Counted from the stretch's first letter, positions 19,789-31,480 are shown. The stretch is 64,000 bases of DNA from Patescibacteria group bacterium (GCA_052034495.1 JBPOIL010000012.1:13644-77643), one strand, 5' to 3'. Numbers and translations are program-made. Notes: generated by a model from the sequence alone, not told the origin.

Positions 19789-21069
19789 ATGATTAAACAC
19801 GAAATTACCTCCACCAAAAACTCTCAAGTTGAGCTAAAAGTTGAACTAACCGCCGACTATCTTGAAGACGTCAAAAAGACAGTTGTGAGTCGCATGAAGT
19901 CAGGCGTAAAAGTAGCCGGTTTTCGACCTGGCAAAGCACCCGATAATATCGTCGAGCGACACCTAGACCAGAGCCAGTTGCAGTCTGAAGTTCTCGAAGC
20001 CGCAGTCGCTCGATCGTATACCGACGCAGTAATTGCTGAAAAGCTCGAGACGATTGCTTCGCCCAAAGTTGAGCTCAAGAAGTTTGTGCCTTACACGGAG
20101 CTGGAGTACACCGCATCAGCTGCTATTATGCCAAAGATCGAGTTCGACCCCGCAAAGCTCAAGGTAAAGCAAGAAGTGGTCAAGGTAGACGCCAAAGAAA
20201 TCGACGAAACTATAGAGGGCTTGCGCAAGCAGATGTCGAGCGAAAAACCGAGCAAAGATCCAGCTAAGGACGGCGACAAGGTCAAGGTCGACTTCGAAGG
20301 TACTCGCGCGGGCAAGCCGGTAGAAGGCGCTGCTGCCCAGAACAGTGAGATTACTCTAGGCGAAGGTCGATTTATCCCGGGGTTTGAAGAAAACATCATC
20401 GGGCTCAAGGAAGGTGATGAGAAGGAATTCGAAGTAACTTTCCCAAAGGATTACCACGCAAAGGACTTAGCCGGTGCCAAGGTGAACTTCAAAGTTAAAC
20501 TAAACGAAGTAAACAGTATTGAACTACCCGTAGTAGATGACGAGTTTGCAAAGGCTATTGGCGACTTTAAGACCGTTACTGAAATGCGTGACGACATAGA
20601 GGCTAAAATTAAGGTCCAAAAGTCTGACCAAGCAGCCCAAGACTATGAACAAAAGGTCATGGCTGAAGTGTTGAAGCAAGTTAAGTTTGAAGTCGCACCA
20701 TTGCTGCTAGACGAACAGAAGCACCGTCTACAACATGAAGTAGAAGAAAACCTCAAACAAAGCGGCCTTGATGTGGACAAATACTTGGCAGTGAGCGGTA
20801 AGGCCAAGGATGAGTTCGAAAAGGAGCTCCATGAAGAGTCTGAAAAGCGTGTTAAGACCGGCTTACTCATTCGTCACGTCGTAGATACAAACAAGCTTGA
20901 AGTTACGAACGACGAGATCGAGACCGAGCTACAAAAGCTCAGGACTCAGTATACCGACAAGCATATGCTCGAAGAGATGACACACGGTCACTTCCGCGAC
21001 GACTTGGCCCAGCATCTGCTCGCTACCAAAGCACGCCAGCTCTTGGTACAATATGCTCTAGGCAAATAG
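19789..21069 (+). CDS. tig: Trigger factor
   Basis: GFRPGKAP signature, FKBP domain FIPGFEENIIG, FPKDYHA. Confidence 0.97.
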   Translation: MIKHEITSTKNSQVELKVELTADYLEDVKKTVVSRMKSGVKVAGFRPGKAPDNIVERHLDQSQLQSEVLEAAVARSYTDAVIAEKLETIASPKVELKKFVPYTELEYTASAAIMPKIEFDPAKLKVKQEVVKVDAKEIDETIEGLRKQMSSEKPSKDPAKDGDKVKVDFEGTRAGKPVEGAAAQNSEITLGEGRFIPGFEENIIGLKEGDEKEFEVTFPKDYHAKDLAGAKVNFKVKLNEVNSIELPVVDDEFAKAIGDFKTVTEMRDDIEAKIKVQKSDQAAQDYEQKVMAEVLKQVKFEVAPLLLDEQKHRLQHEVEENLKQSGLDVDKYLAVSGKAKDEFEKELHEESEKRVKTGLLIRHVVDTNKLEVTNDEIETELQKLRTQYTDKHMLEEMTHGHFRDDLAQHLLATKARQLLVQYALGK

Positions 21070-21095
21070 CACTTTAGCTAAGCAAGGAGGTTCGT

Positions 21096-21695
21096 GTGGA
21101 GCGCAATCAAATACTTATTCCAACTGTGATAGAAAAAACTGCCCTAGGGGAGCGAGCTTATGATATCTATTCACGGCTTTTAAAGGATCGCATCATATTC
21201 CTCGGTACTGAAATCGACGATACTGTTGCAAACTTGGTTATAGCCCAGCTCCTATTTCTTCAGAGCGAGGATCCTAAGGAAGAAATTAAGCTTTACATCA
21301 ATTCACCAGGCGGCAGTATATCTGCAGGGTTGGCAATTTATGACACCATGCAGCACATTAGGCCGGATGTATCGACGATCGTTGTCGGGATGGCTGCGAG
21401 CATGGGTGCGTTTTTGGCAGCCTGTGGCGCTAAAGGAAAGCGGTTCGCGCTGCCAAATGCGCGCGTAATGATTCACCAACCATCCGGTGGGTTTAGTGGT
21501 ACGGCGTCTGACATCGAGATAACCGCCAAAGAGATTATCAAGATGCGGCAAAAGCTTAATGAAATCATTGCAGAAAAGACTGGGCAAAAAGTCGACAAGG
21601 TAGCAGGCGATAGCGACAGAGACTACTGGATGGGCGCTGACGAGGCAAAAACCTACGGCGTAGTTGACAGTGTACTAAATAGCTCTGACAAGTAG
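21096..21695 (+). CDS. clpP: ATP-dependent Clp protease proteolytic subunit
   Basis: [30 protein letters not shown]. Confidence 0.98.
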   Translation: MERNQILIPTVIEKTALGERAYDIYSRLLKDRIIFLGTEIDDTVANLVIAQLLFLQSEDPKEEIKLYINSPGGSISAGLAIYDTMQHIRPDVSTIVVGMAASMGAFLAACGAKGKRFALPNARVMIHQPSGGFSGTASDIEITAKEIIKMRQKLNEIIAEKTGQKVDKVAGDSDRDYWMGADEAKTYGVVDSVLNSSDK

Positions 21696-21709
21696 GCGAA
21701 CGAAGCGCC

Positions 21710-22957
21710 ATGGCCTACCGTAGCCTTCTAAAAAACTGGGACTTCGACAAGCTATGGGGCGCGCAATTATTTTCCCAGCTTGCTGCGAACATCCTTAACT
21801 TCGCGCTCATCATCCGGGTATACGAGCTCGCGGCTGGTACCCGCTACGCAAACATAGCTGTCAGCATCTTCATTCTGGCATTTGGCTTCCCTTCAATCTT
21901 CTTCGCCGTGTTTGCCGGCGCATTTATTGACCATCTAGACCGCAAGAAGGTGCTCATCCTCACGAATATTTTGCGTGCCATACTCGTGCTACTCTTTTTC
22001 TTTGTCGAGAAGAACTTGATCCTTGTTTACGGGCTTATATTCGTCATCTCTACTATTACACAATTCTTCGTACCTGCCGAAGGGTCTGCCCTCCCGAACC
22101 TAGTCAAAAAGCGCGATTTGGTGCCGGCAAATTCACTCTTCTTATTCACGATTTATGGCTCCTTCATCGTGGGGTATTCGCTTGCCGGGCCAATCATTGC
22201 TAGCTGGGGGATTGAATCAGTTTACGTGGTTACCTCGGTTTGTTTCCTGATTGCCGCCGTGTTGAGTGCGCTGCTTCCTTCGCTACGAGCAGTGGACAAA
22301 CGAGATGTGCCGCTTGGGGTAATTGCTGCCCAAGTGAATGGGAGTTTGCGTAAAAATCTCAGCAGTATTTATCACAATCGCAAATTGCTCTTCCCAATTT
22401 TGCAGCTCACTATCGCTCAGGGGTTAACGAACATCATAATCGTGTTGGCACCGGCATTGTCACTTTTGCTACTGGGTCGTAGCTTGGCTACTTCTAGCCA
22501 GGTATTCATTTTGCCAGCAGGGATAGGGATGATCGGAGGTGCAATCATCATTGGACAGTTCCTGCGTAAAAAGAACAAAGTTCGCTTAATAGAAATCGGA
22601 TTGCTACTTGCAGCAGGTTCTTTACTCGGACTAGGCCTCATAAAGCAGCTACCTGTTAGCAACATTGCGCTCACGGTGTCTGTCTTGGCATTATGTCTAG
22701 GTTTCTCGAACGCGCTGGTAAGTGTTTCTGCCCAGACGCTCTTGCAGTTGAATAGTACAGAGGAGACCAGGGGAAAGATATTCGGGGCCCTCAATATGAT
22801 GGTAAACATCGCCGCCACCATACCGGTGTTGCTGGCTGGGGTCACAGCAGATCTAGTCTCGCCATTGACGGTTCTTGTGGCGGTAGCAGCCCTGATCGTC
22901 CTGTACCTCATTATGCAGAGACGTAGTCTGAATAAGCTAGTTGTTAAAAGCCCTTGA
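21710..22957 (+). CDS. MFS transporter (DHA3/macrolide-efflux-like)
   Basis: About 12 hydrophobic segments; GAFIDHLDRKK motif A; RGKIFG. Confidence 0.85.
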   Translation: MAYRSLLKNWDFDKLWGAQLFSQLAANILNFALIIRVYELAAGTRYANIAVSIFILAFGFPSIFFAVFAGAFIDHLDRKKVLILTNILRAILVLLFFFVEKNLILVYGLIFVISTITQFFVPAEGSALPNLVKKRDLVPANSLFLFTIYGSFIVGYSLAGPIIASWGIESVYVVTSVCFLIAAVLSALLPSLRAVDKRDVPLGVIAAQVNGSLRKNLSSIYHNRKLLFPILQLTIAQGLTNIIIVLAPALSLLLLGRSLATSSQVFILPAGIGMIGGAIIIGQFLRKKNKVRLIEIGLLLAAGSLLGLGLIKQLPVSNIALTVSVLALCLGFSNALVSVSAQTLLQLNSTEETRGKIFGALNMMVNIAATIPVLLAGVTADLVSPLTVLVAVAALIVLYLIMQRRSLNKLVVKSP

Positions 22958-23046
22958 CAAAGCCGCTCCTACTCCTATACGATTGTATCCAAGAGGATGC
23001 TTAAACGAGAATACCGGAATAGCCATATTGGGCCTGCCGGTTTTTT
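22954..23046 (+). promoter_or_regulatory. rpoB promoter and leader hairpin with U-tract
   Basis: TTGACA-18-TACGAT; ACCGG...CCGGTTTTTT at 23013-23046. Confidence 0.55.
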
Positions 23047-23161
23047 GTCGGTTTAGAAAAACCTTCTTTATCACGTTTTTATTTACGTAAGTAAAAAGAG
23101 TATCGTGGCACGCCTGATCAGCGTGTTGTTTGGCGCCAAATAACCTAGGAGATAAGCATCA

Positions 23162-26100
23162 ATGCCCCAAAAAGCTGCAGCAAATCGTATTTATCTAAAC
23201 GATAACAAAGAAGTACTACCACTACCCAACCTAATTGATATTCAGACCGAATCGTACAAATGGTTCGTTCGCGAAGGTTTAACAGAGCTTTTTACAGAGG
23301 TTTCTCCTGTCCAGGACTTTACCGGCAAGAAGTTCGACTTGTATTTTAAAGACCATCACTTCGAAGAGCCTAAATTTACTGAAGAACAGGCCAAAGAAAA
23401 GAACCTGTCATTCGAAGCTCCGCTTAGGGCTAACATTGAGCTTGTAATAAAAGAAACTGGCGAAGTCCGCACACAAGAAATCTTCCTAGGTGATTTCCCG
23501 ATCATGACTGAGCGCGGTACATTTATTATCAACGGTGTAGAGCGCGTAGTAGTTTCTCAGCTTGTTCGTAGCCCCGGAGTGTTCTTTACTCGGAGCGACA
23601 CTGGACTCAACGAATTTTTTGGTGCAAAGATCATCCCGAGCCGAGGCGCTTGGCTAGAGATTGAAACAGCCATTAACGGAGTAATGACCGTTAAGATTGA
23701 TCGCAAGCGAAAGCTGCCAGTGACTACACTGTTGCGCGCTTTTGGTTACGGCACCGACAAGGAGCTTAAGGAGCTCTTTGCCCACGTCGATACTGGCGAG
23801 GTTAAGTTTATTGACGAAACTATCGCAAAGGACTCTTCGACTTCAAGCGCTGAAGCATTGATGGAAGTGTATCGACGAATTCGACCTGGCGACTTGGCAA
23901 CGGTAGAGAACTCAAAGAGCCTCATTGATAGTATGTTCTTCGACTTCAAGCGCTATGACTTTTCTAAAGTTGGCCGCTATAAGCTCAACAAGCGCTTAAA
24001 CCTAGATGTTACAAACATTCCTGAAAACCGTGTTCTTCGCAAAGAAGACTTGATTGCGATTATCGCCGAGACAATCCGCATGTCTAACGCAGGCGAAATG
24101 AGCGAGGATATTGATCACCTTGCAAACCGACGACTAAAAATGGTCGGCGAACAAATCCAGCAACGATTCCGATTGGGAATCCTACGTATGGAGCGAATCA
24201 TTAAGGACCGCATGGGCGTAGCAGACATCGAGACCGTTGCCCCAGGGCAGCTAATCAACGTTCGCCCAATCGTGGCTAGCGTTAAAGAGTTCTACGCGTC
24301 TCATCAGCTTTCGCAGTTCATGGAGCAAATTAACCCACTAGCAGAGCTTGTTCACAAGCGGCGACTAAACGCGATGGGCCCAGGCGGCTTAAGCCGTGAG
24401 CGAGCTGGTTTCGAAGTTCGCGATGTACACCGTACTCACTATGGTCGTATTTGCCCAATTGAAACTCCAGAAGGACCAAACATCGGCTTGGTTTCTACAT
24501 TGGCATCGTATGCAAAAGTTAATGAATACGGTTTCATTGAAACTCCTTACCTAAAGGTAGTTAACGAAGTCGAATCTGCAAAATCTGCTGGAGAAATTCT
24601 ACGCGCAAACGTTAAGGATGCAAAAGGAACTGTTATTGCTAAGAAGGGTGAGAAGCTAACCGAAGTTAGCGCTAAGAAGCTAGTTAAGGCAGGTATTGAG
24701 ACCGTGCCGGTTCGCGCGCGGCTAACAGATCAGGTTGTATTCCTGGACGCTGCTGACGAAGAAAAGTGCGTGATTGCCCAGGCGAATACTCCTACTAATG
24801 ACAAGGGATACTTCTTGGCAGAACGACTTTCGGTCCGTGGAATTAACGGTGAGGCTGACGAAGAAGAGGCTGATAAAGTTCAGTATATGGACGTGTCGTC
24901 TAAGCAAACAGTTAGTGTCTCTACAGCTTTGATTCCGTTCTTAGAGCATGACGATCCAAAGCGTGCTTTGATGGGGGCGAACATGCAACGCCAGGCTGTC
25001 GCAGTTGTCCGACCACAGGCCCCAGTAGTGGGTACTGGTATTGAGGCTAAGGCTGCTATGGACTCAGGCCAGGTTATTTTGGCAGAGCAAGACGGTGAAG
25101 TGATCAGTGCTACGGCAGAAGAAGTCACTGTTTCGTACAAGAAGGGTGACAAGAAGACCTACAACCTAACGAACTTTGTTCGTAGTAATGCTGGCGCTGC
25201 TATACACCAACGCGTCGCGGTATTCGCAGGCGACAAGCTCAAAAAGGGCGATGTACTAGCTGACGGTATGAGCACCGTTAATGGTGAATTGGCGCTTGGC
25301 CAGAATGTTCTCGTAGCATTTATGCCATTTGATGGTTATAACTACGAAGACGCCGTGATCATTTCTCAGCGACTTGTCCAGGACGACCGATACACCTCGA
25401 TCCATATTGAAGATCACCAGATTGACGTGCGTGATACCAAGCTAGGCCCAGAGCTCGTTACTCGAGACATTGCAAATGTAAGCGAAGATGCTCTAAAAGA
25501 CCTCGATGAGTACGGTATTGTGCGAATCGGCGCTGAAGTAAGCGCTGGGGACATCTTGGTCGGTAAGATTACTCCGAAGGGAGAGACTGATCTCTCAAGT
25601 GAAGAGCGTTTGCTGAGGGCAATATTTGGCGAAAAGGCTCGTGACGTAAAAGACACCAGTCTGAACATGCCAAATGGCTCTTCTGGTAAGGTAGTAGGCG
25701 TTAAAATCCTCTCCAAAGAGAACGGCGACGACTTGCCGAGCGGCGTACTGCAGCAGATCTACGTATCGGTTGCCGAACTGCGCAAGATTTCTGTGGGTGA
25801 CAAGATGGCTGGACGCCACGGTGATAAGGGTGTGATCTCTCGCATTCTGCCGATTGAGGACATGCCGTATCTCGAAGATGGTACTCCTGTAGACATCATA
25901 TTGAACACGCTCGGTGTTGGTACCCGTATGAACTTGGGTCAGATTTTGGAAACGCACTTGGGCTGGGCTGCAAACGCGCTAGGCTACACAGTGGCAACGC
26001 CAGTGTTTGATGGAGTAACGGTCGAGCAGATTAAAGCAGAGCTTAAGAAGGCCGGCTTACCGGAAGACGGTAAGGCACAGCTCTTCCACGGCTTTAGCGG

Positions 26101-26701
26101 CGAGCCATTCGCACAGAGGACTACAGTTGGTTATAAATACATGCTTAAGCTTCATCACATGGTTGATGACAAGATTCACGCACGTTCAACTGGTCCATAC
26201 GCAATGGTTACTCAGCAGCCACTTGGTGGTAAGGCTCAAATGGGCGGTCAGCGCTTTGGTGAAATGGAAGTATGGGCACTTGAGGCCTATGGCGCTGCTA
26301 ATACCCTGCAGGAAATGCTCACCATTAAGTCGGATGATGTAATTGGCCGATCTAAGGCTTACGAATCGATTATTAAGGATGAGGCCATCAAGGGTTCACG
26401 CATACCAGAGTCATTCAACGTTCTCGTAAAAGAATTGCAGAGCCTCACGCTCGCTGTAGAGCTAGAAAAAGGTCCTGGTCTAGAAATTGATGCCGAGGAA
26501 ATGCTCGCAGACGTAACTGAGGACGAAGCAATTGAGCTAGGTGAGTCAGAGTTGATTATCGGTAGCGAACCAGTTGACGGACAGGCGGTTGTTGATCTGG
26601 ATGGTCCAGACGAAGATAGCTTCGAAGTACTCGCTCAAGTTTCAGAAGAGCTAGGCCCAGACGAGGAAGAATTAAAACAAGTAGAAGGGGAGGAGGTCTA
26701 G
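23162..26701 (+). CDS. rpoB: RNA polymerase beta subunit
   Basis: NGVERVVVSQL, GRICPIETPEGPNIGL, GANMQRQA, GGQRFGEMEVWALEAYGA. Confidence 0.99.
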   Translation: MPQKAAANRIYLNDNKEVLPLPNLIDIQTESYKWFVREGLTELFTEVSPVQDFTGKKFDLYFKDHHFEEPKFTEEQAKEKNLSFEAPLRANIELVIKETGEVRTQEIFLGDFPIMTERGTFIINGVERVVVSQLVRSPGVFFTRSDTGLNEFFGAKIIPSRGAWLEIETAINGVMTVKIDRKRKLPVTTLLRAFGYGTDKELKELFAHVDTGEVKFIDETIAKDSSTSSAEALMEVYRRIRPGDLATVENSKSLIDSMFFDFKRYDFSKVGRYKLNKRLNLDVTNIPENRVLRKEDLIAIIAETIRMSNAGEMSEDIDHLANRRLKMVGEQIQQRFRLGILRMERIIKDRMGVADIETVAPGQLINVRPIVASVKEFYASHQLSQFMEQINPLAELVHKRRLNAMGPGGLSRERAGFEVRDVHRTHYGRICPIETPEGPNIGLVSTLASYAKVNEYGFIETPYLKVVNEVESAKSAGEILRANVKDAKGTVIAKKGEKLTEVSAKKLVKAGIETVPVRARLTDQVVFLDAADEEKCVIAQANTPTNDKGYFLAERLSVRGINGEADEEEADKVQYMDVSSKQTVSVSTALIPFLEHDDPKRALMGANMQRQAVAVVRPQAPVVGTGIEAKAAMDSGQVILAEQDGEVISATAEEVTVSYKKGDKKTYNLTNFVRSNAGAAIHQRVAVFAGDKLKKGDVLADGMSTVNGELALGQNVLVAFMPFDGYNYEDAVIISQRLVQDDRYTSIHIEDHQIDVRDTKLGPELVTRDIANVSEDALKDLDEYGIVRIGAEVSAGDILVGKITPKGETDLSSEERLLRAIFGEKARDVKDTSLNMPNGSSGKVVGVKILSKENGDDLPSGVLQQIYVSVAELRKISVGDKMAGRHGDKGVISRILPIEDMPYLEDGTPVDIILNTLGVGTRMNLGQILETHLGWAANALGYTVATPVFDGVTVEQIKAELKKAGLPEDGKAQLFHGFSGEPFAQRTTVGYKYMLKLHHMVDDKIHARSTGPYAMVTQQPLGGKAQMGGQRFGEMEVWALEAYGAANTLQEMLTIKSDDVIGRSKAYESIIKDEAIKGSRIPESFNVLVKELQSLTLAVELEKGPGLEIDAEEMLADVTEDEAIELGESELIIGSEPVDGQAVVDLDGPDEDSFEVLAQVSEELGPDEEELKQVEGEEV

Positions 26702-26702
26702 T

Positions 26703-29700
26703 ATGGAGACTAACCACGAACAGCAGGTGATCGATTTTGAAGCAATTAAGCTTTCGCTAGCTTCCCCAGAACAGATTCTTCAATGGTCCCACGGCGAGAT
26801 TACAAAGCCAGAGACAATTAACTATCGTACTCAAAAACCAGAAAAAGATGGCCTTTTCTGCGAAAAGATCTTTGGTCCAACCAAGGATTGGCAGTGTTAC
26901 TGCGGTAAGTACAAAGGTATTCGCTACAAGGGTATTACTTGTGATAAGTGTGGCGTACTCGTAACTCGCAGCATCGTTCGCCGCGAACGACTTGGACACA
27001 TCAGCCTCGCAGTTCCAGCAGCACATATATGGTTCTTGCGTGGTACTCCTTCTACAATCAGCCTCGTTCTCAACATGGGCGTACGTGATTTGGAACGCGT
27101 TGTGTACTTTGCCAACTTCATTGTTAAGTCAGTTGACGAAGATGCTCGCAAGCAAGCACTCTTGGACTTAGACGTTGACTTTAAGTCACGCCGAGCTGAC
27201 ATTCTCAAAAAGCACCAGCCAGAGGAAGGCAAGGAGCTGAGCGAAGAAGCAACCAAGGAACTTGAAGAGCTTGACGCAAACTATACTAATGCTAAGTCTG
27301 AACTCAACGCATTTGCCAAGTATCAGCTACTACCAGAAAGCCGTTACCGAGACTTGAACCTCAAGTACGGCAACGTGTTTACTGCAGGTATTGGTGCCGA
27401 AGCGATCCGTGAATTGCTCGTAGAAATTAACCTACAGGATCTGGCAGACAGACTTCGCGAAGAATCAGAAAGCTCAGTTGGACAGAAAAAGAAGAAAGCA
27501 CTCAAGCGACTCAAATCGATTGAAGGCATGATTCAGGCGGATATTCGCCCAGAGTGGATGGTTACAACCGAGCTGCCAGTTATCCCGCCAGACTTGCGTC
27601 CTATGGTTCAACTCGATGGTGGTCGCTTTGCCGCATCTGATCTGAATGACCTGTATAGGCGTGTGATCAACCGCAACAACCGACTCAAGAAGCTCTTCGC
27701 ATTGGAAGCTCCAGAAGTAATTTGCCGTAACGAAAAGCGTATGCTCCAAGAGGCAGTTGATGCCCTGATTGACAACAATGCTCGTCGTGAACGCGCAGTA
27801 AGTGCTACAGGGAACCGCAAAAAGCTTAAGAGCTTGACCGACCTCCTTAAGGGCAAGCAGGGCCGCTTCCGTCAGAACCTTCTTGGTAAGCGCGTAGACT
27901 ACTCTGGTCGTTCAGTAATCGTTATTGGCCCACACCTTAAGATTGACCAATGTGGTCTGCCTAAGAAGATGGCACTTGAGCTGTTCAAGCCATTCGTGAT
28001 TGGTAAGCTAATCGCACAGGGCTATGCTCACAACGTTAAGTCAGCTGCCCGTATGGTAGAGCGTGCCCGTGATGAGGTTTGGGATACCTTGGACGAAGTG
28101 ATCGCCGACAAGTACGTGCTTCTTAACCGTGCACCGACTCTTCACCGACTTGGAATCCAGGCATTTAAGCCAGTCCTAATCGAAGGTAAGGCTATTCAGC
28201 TTCATCCTATGGTTTGTCCCGCTTTCAACGCTGATTTCGACGGTGACCAGATGGCGGTACACGTGCCGTTAAGCGAAGCCGCTCAGCGCGAAGCTCGCGA
28301 GATTATGATATCGAGCAACAACCTCTTGAAGCCATCAAGCGGCGAGCCGATCGTAAATGCCCAGCAGGACGTTGTACTCGGGTGTTACTTCCTGACCTCT
28401 GTAGAGGAAGGCGCTCGTGGCGAAGGTAAGGTATTCTCCGAACCTAGCGAAGCGATTTATGCCTATCAGGATAAGCACATTGAGCTACGTGCGGCCATAA
28501 AGGTGCGTATAGATGGTACTATCATCGATACAACAGCCGGTCGTCTTCTTTTCAACGAGGCTTTGCCAGAAGGAATTGCGTTCAAGAACGAGGATCAAAA
28601 CAAATCTTCACTCAAGCAAGTTATGGCTGAAGTGTTCGCTACATATGGCAACGAAGAAACTGCTAAACTTGCAGACGCGATTAAGGAGCTTGGATTCCGC
28701 TACGCGACACTATCTGGATTCTCTATTGGAATGGATGATCTCATTACTCCAAAGAATAAGCCTGAATTGATTGCCGAAGGTGACAAGCGAACCGTAGACC
28801 TCCTAAGTCAATACAATCAGGGTTTGATTACCGATCAGGAACGACGCGAGAAGGTAGTAGAAAACTGGAAAGATATCGCTAGCCGTGTAGAAGCAGAAAT
28901 CGAGAAGGAACTTAGCCCAGAGAACTCTACGTTTGCAATTGATATTGCTTCGGGAGCTAAGTCTGGACTCAAGCAGGTTAACCAGATGGCCGGTATGCGT
29001 GGATTGATGCTTTCTCCAGCCGGTAGAATTATCGAGCTGCCAGTAAAGTCCAACTACAAAGAAGGTCTTTCAGTCCTCGAGTACTTCATCTCGACTCACG
29101 GTGCACGTAAGGGTCTGACCGATACGGCTCTTAGAACTGCTGAATCAGGATACCTTACTCGTCGACTGGTTGATGTTGCTCAGGATATCCTGATTACCGA
29201 ACCAGACTGTGGCGACAAAGACGGCTACTTGGTTACTCAAGCAGAAGCTGTTGCCGCTGGTGAGACTTCAGTTGCACCATGGCTTGTTGGTCGTACTTCT
29301 CTGGACAAACTCGTTCATCCAAAGACGAATGATGTCATGGTTAAGAAGGGCCAAATTATTACCGATGATGCCGCACGAGCTATTGTGGACGCAGGCGTTG
29401 AAGGGGTGAAAATTCGATCGATTCTCATGTGTAAGTCTCTTTGGGGAATTTGTCAGAAATGTTACGGCGTAGATCTTGCGAAGGGATCTCCAGTGGAGCT
29501 TGGTGAGGCAGTTGGTATCATGGCTGCTCAGAGTATCGGTGAGCCCGGAACTCAGTTGACTATGAACACGAAGCACCTCGCCGGCGTTGGTACAGACATT
29601 ACCCAGGGTCTCCCGCGCGTAGAAGAAATCTTCGAAGCAAGGAATCCGAAGGGACAGGCTATACTCGCCGATGTCGCTGGTGTAGTAAAGATCGTCAGTG

Positions 29701-30476
29701 ACGATTCCAAACATGCGATTACCATTGCTCCGCCGGACTCAAAGGTGATCGAATACGAACTCGGGGACATGAAAGCCATTGTTAAGTCGGGACAAGTTGT
29801 TGGCCACGGCGACATCATGGCTCAGAGCAAAGATGGTAGCCGTACGGTTAAGTCTAAGGCTGCAGGTACGGTGAAGGTAAGCAAGACTCACATCGCTCTA
29901 ACGCACGACGGTGGTAACACTCGCGAGTACGTCATTCCAGTGAGCTCTGGCTTGCTTGTGAAGCACGGCCAACTCGTAACGGTAGGCGATCGACTGAGCG
30001 AAGGGTCTATTAACCTTCAAGACATGCTTAAGCTGATTGGCGAAGAAGCAGTACAACGCTACGTGGTCGATGAAGTTCAGGCTATCTACTCGTCTCAAGG
30101 TCAGTCAATTGCCTCAAAGCATATCGAGGTGATTATCCGCCAGATGTTCTCGCGTGTACGCATCGAGGATCCAATGGGAACTGACTTCATAGCCGGAGAC
30201 ACCGTTTCAAAGGCAGTATTGGACGAGGAAAACCGCCGTGCAGTTGCCGACGCCAAGAAGCCAGCAACCTATGAGCAGCTACTCATGCCTATGACCAAGG
30301 TATCTACATCTTCAGACAGCTGGCTATCAGCAGCGAGCTTCCAGGAGACAACCAAGGTTCTAATTGGCGCCGCTACTCGAGGCAAGGTAGATAAGCTACG
30401 TGGACTTAAGGAAAACGTGATTATCGGTCGCCTAATTCCTGTAGGTACCGGTTTCCGTGACGAGGAGGAACTTTAA
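26703..30476 (+). CDS. rpoC: RNA polymerase beta' subunit
   Basis: Zinc finger, [39 protein letters not shown]. Confidence 0.99.
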   Translation: METNHEQQVIDFEAIKLSLASPEQILQWSHGEITKPETINYRTQKPEKDGLFCEKIFGPTKDWQCYCGKYKGIRYKGITCDKCGVLVTRSIVRRERLGHISLAVPAAHIWFLRGTPSTISLVLNMGVRDLERVVYFANFIVKSVDEDARKQALLDLDVDFKSRRADILKKHQPEEGKELSEEATKELEELDANYTNAKSELNAFAKYQLLPESRYRDLNLKYGNVFTAGIGAEAIRELLVEINLQDLADRLREESESSVGQKKKKALKRLKSIEGMIQADIRPEWMVTTELPVIPPDLRPMVQLDGGRFAASDLNDLYRRVINRNNRLKKLFALEAPEVICRNEKRMLQEAVDALIDNNARRERAVSATGNRKKLKSLTDLLKGKQGRFRQNLLGKRVDYSGRSVIVIGPHLKIDQCGLPKKMALELFKPFVIGKLIAQGYAHNVKSAARMVERARDEVWDTLDEVIADKYVLLNRAPTLHRLGIQAFKPVLIEGKAIQLHPMVCPAFNADFDGDQMAVHVPLSEAAQREAREIMISSNNLLKPSSGEPIVNAQQDVVLGCYFLTSVEEGARGEGKVFSEPSEAIYAYQDKHIELRAAIKVRIDGTIIDTTAGRLLFNEALPEGIAFKNEDQNKSSLKQVMAEVFATYGNEETAKLADAIKELGFRYATLSGFSIGMDDLITPKNKPELIAEGDKRTVDLLSQYNQGLITDQERREKVVENWKDIASRVEAEIEKELSPENSTFAIDIASGAKSGLKQVNQMAGMRGLMLSPAGRIIELPVKSNYKEGLSVLEYFISTHGARKGLTDTALRTAESGYLTRRLVDVAQDILITEPDCGDKDGYLVTQAEAVAAGETSVAPWLVGRTSLDKLVHPKTNDVMVKKGQIITDDAARAIVDAGVEGVKIRSILMCKSLWGICQKCYGVDLAKGSPVELGEAVGIMAAQSIGEPGTQLTMNTKHLAGVGTDITQGLPRVEEIFEARNPKGQAILADVAGVVKIVSDDSKHAITIAPPDSKVIEYELGDMKAIVKSGQVVGHGDIMAQSKDGSRTVKSKAAGTVKVSKTHIALTHDGGNTREYVIPVSSGLLVKHGQLVTVGDRLSEGSINLQDMLKLIGEEAVQRYVVDEVQAIYSSQGQSIASKHIEVIIRQMFSRVRIEDPMGTDFIAGDTVSKAVLDEENRRAVADAKKPATYEQLLMPMTKVSTSSDSWLSAASFQETTKVLIGAATRGKVDKLRGLKENVIIGRLIPVGTGFRDEEEL

Positions 30477-30527
30477 GCTGCTTGACCAGATAAGCCTTAT
30501 CTGATAAAGTAACAAAGTTGTAAGACT

Positions 30528-30947
30528 ATGCCGACGATTAACCAACTCATTCGAAAACCACGTTCTAAAGCTCAGCGCAAGAGTAAGTCTCCTGCAATGG
30601 GCCGTAGCTTAAACACGCTCAAGAACAAAGCCACCTCAAACACATCGCCGTTTAAGCGCGGCGTATGTGTGAAGGTATTTACTGCTACACCACGTAAGCC
30701 AAACTCAGCTCTCCGTAAGGTAGCTCGTGTTCGACTGACCAACGGTATGGAAGTAACTGCCTACATAGGTGGGGTTGGGCATAACCTTCAGGAGCATTCA
30801 GTCGTGTTGGTGCGCGGCGGACGCGTAAAGGACCTTGGTGGTGTGCGATACCACATCGTTCGTGGCGCGCTTGATACTGCAGGTGTAGCTGGTCGCAAGC
30901 AAGGCCGCAGTAAGTACGGCGCTAAACTAGAGAAAGCAAAGGCCTAA
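30528..30947 (+). CDS. rpsL: 30S ribosomal protein S12
   Basis: [30 protein letters not shown]. Confidence 0.99.
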   Translation: MPTINQLIRKPRSKAQRKSKSPAMGRSLNTLKNKATSNTSPFKRGVCVKVFTATPRKPNSALRKVARVRLTNGMEVTAYIGGVGHNLQEHSVVLVRGGRVKDLGGVRYHIVRGALDTAGVAGRKQGRSKYGAKLEKAKA

Positions 30948-30950
30948 GAG

Positions 30951-31427
30951 ATGCCAAGGAAAAAGACCAAATCACTGAAGCGCGAATTACCTGCAGACAT
31001 TGTGTATAACAATGTCATGGTTACTCGCATGATTAATAAGGTAATGCGCAGCGGCAAGAAGCGCCTTGCCGAAAGCTTAGTATATGACGCTCTGTCACAA
31101 GCTAGCGAAAAGGCTCAAAAAGATGCACTAGAAGTATTCGAAGGCGCGATTAAGAACGTTTCGCCTCAGGTTCAGGTCAAGAGTAAGCGAATAGGCGGAA
31201 CTAATTATCAGGTTCCTATGGAAGTTAAGGGAGACCGCAAGGTTCACTTGGCAATGACATGGATACTGACGGCGGCTCGAGGTCGTAGTGGAAATTCATT
31301 CGACCGACTGCTTGCTAACGAGCTTGTAGACGCCTATAACAACACTGGTGAAGCAGTTAAGAAGAAGCAAGATACTCACCAGATGGCCGAAGCTAACAAG
31401 GCTTTCGCGCACTTCGCTCGATACTAG
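30951..31427 (+). CDS. rpsG: 30S ribosomal protein S7
   Basis: RIGGTNYQVP, MAEANKAFAH. Confidence 0.98.
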   Translation: MPRKKTKSLKRELPADIVYNNVMVTRMINKVMRSGKKRLAESLVYDALSQASEKAQKDALEVFEGAIKNVSPQVQVKSKRIGGTNYQVPMEVKGDRKVHLAMTWILTAARGRSGNSFDRLLANELVDAYNNTGEAVKKKQDTHQMAEANKAFAHFARY

Positions 31428-31443
31428 TTCTCGAAGCAAGAAC

Positions 31444-31480
31444 ATACGAAAGACCCCTCATAATGAGGGGTCTTTCGTAT
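31444..31480 (+). terminator. Terminator after rpsG (splits the str operon)
   Basis: ATACGAAAGACCCCTCA-taa-TGAGGGGTCTTTCGTAT. Confidence 0.88.

Noticed and set aside
21066-21092. Second CIRCE before clpP
   Set aside because: Only a half-site (TAGCACT); the right arm does not match
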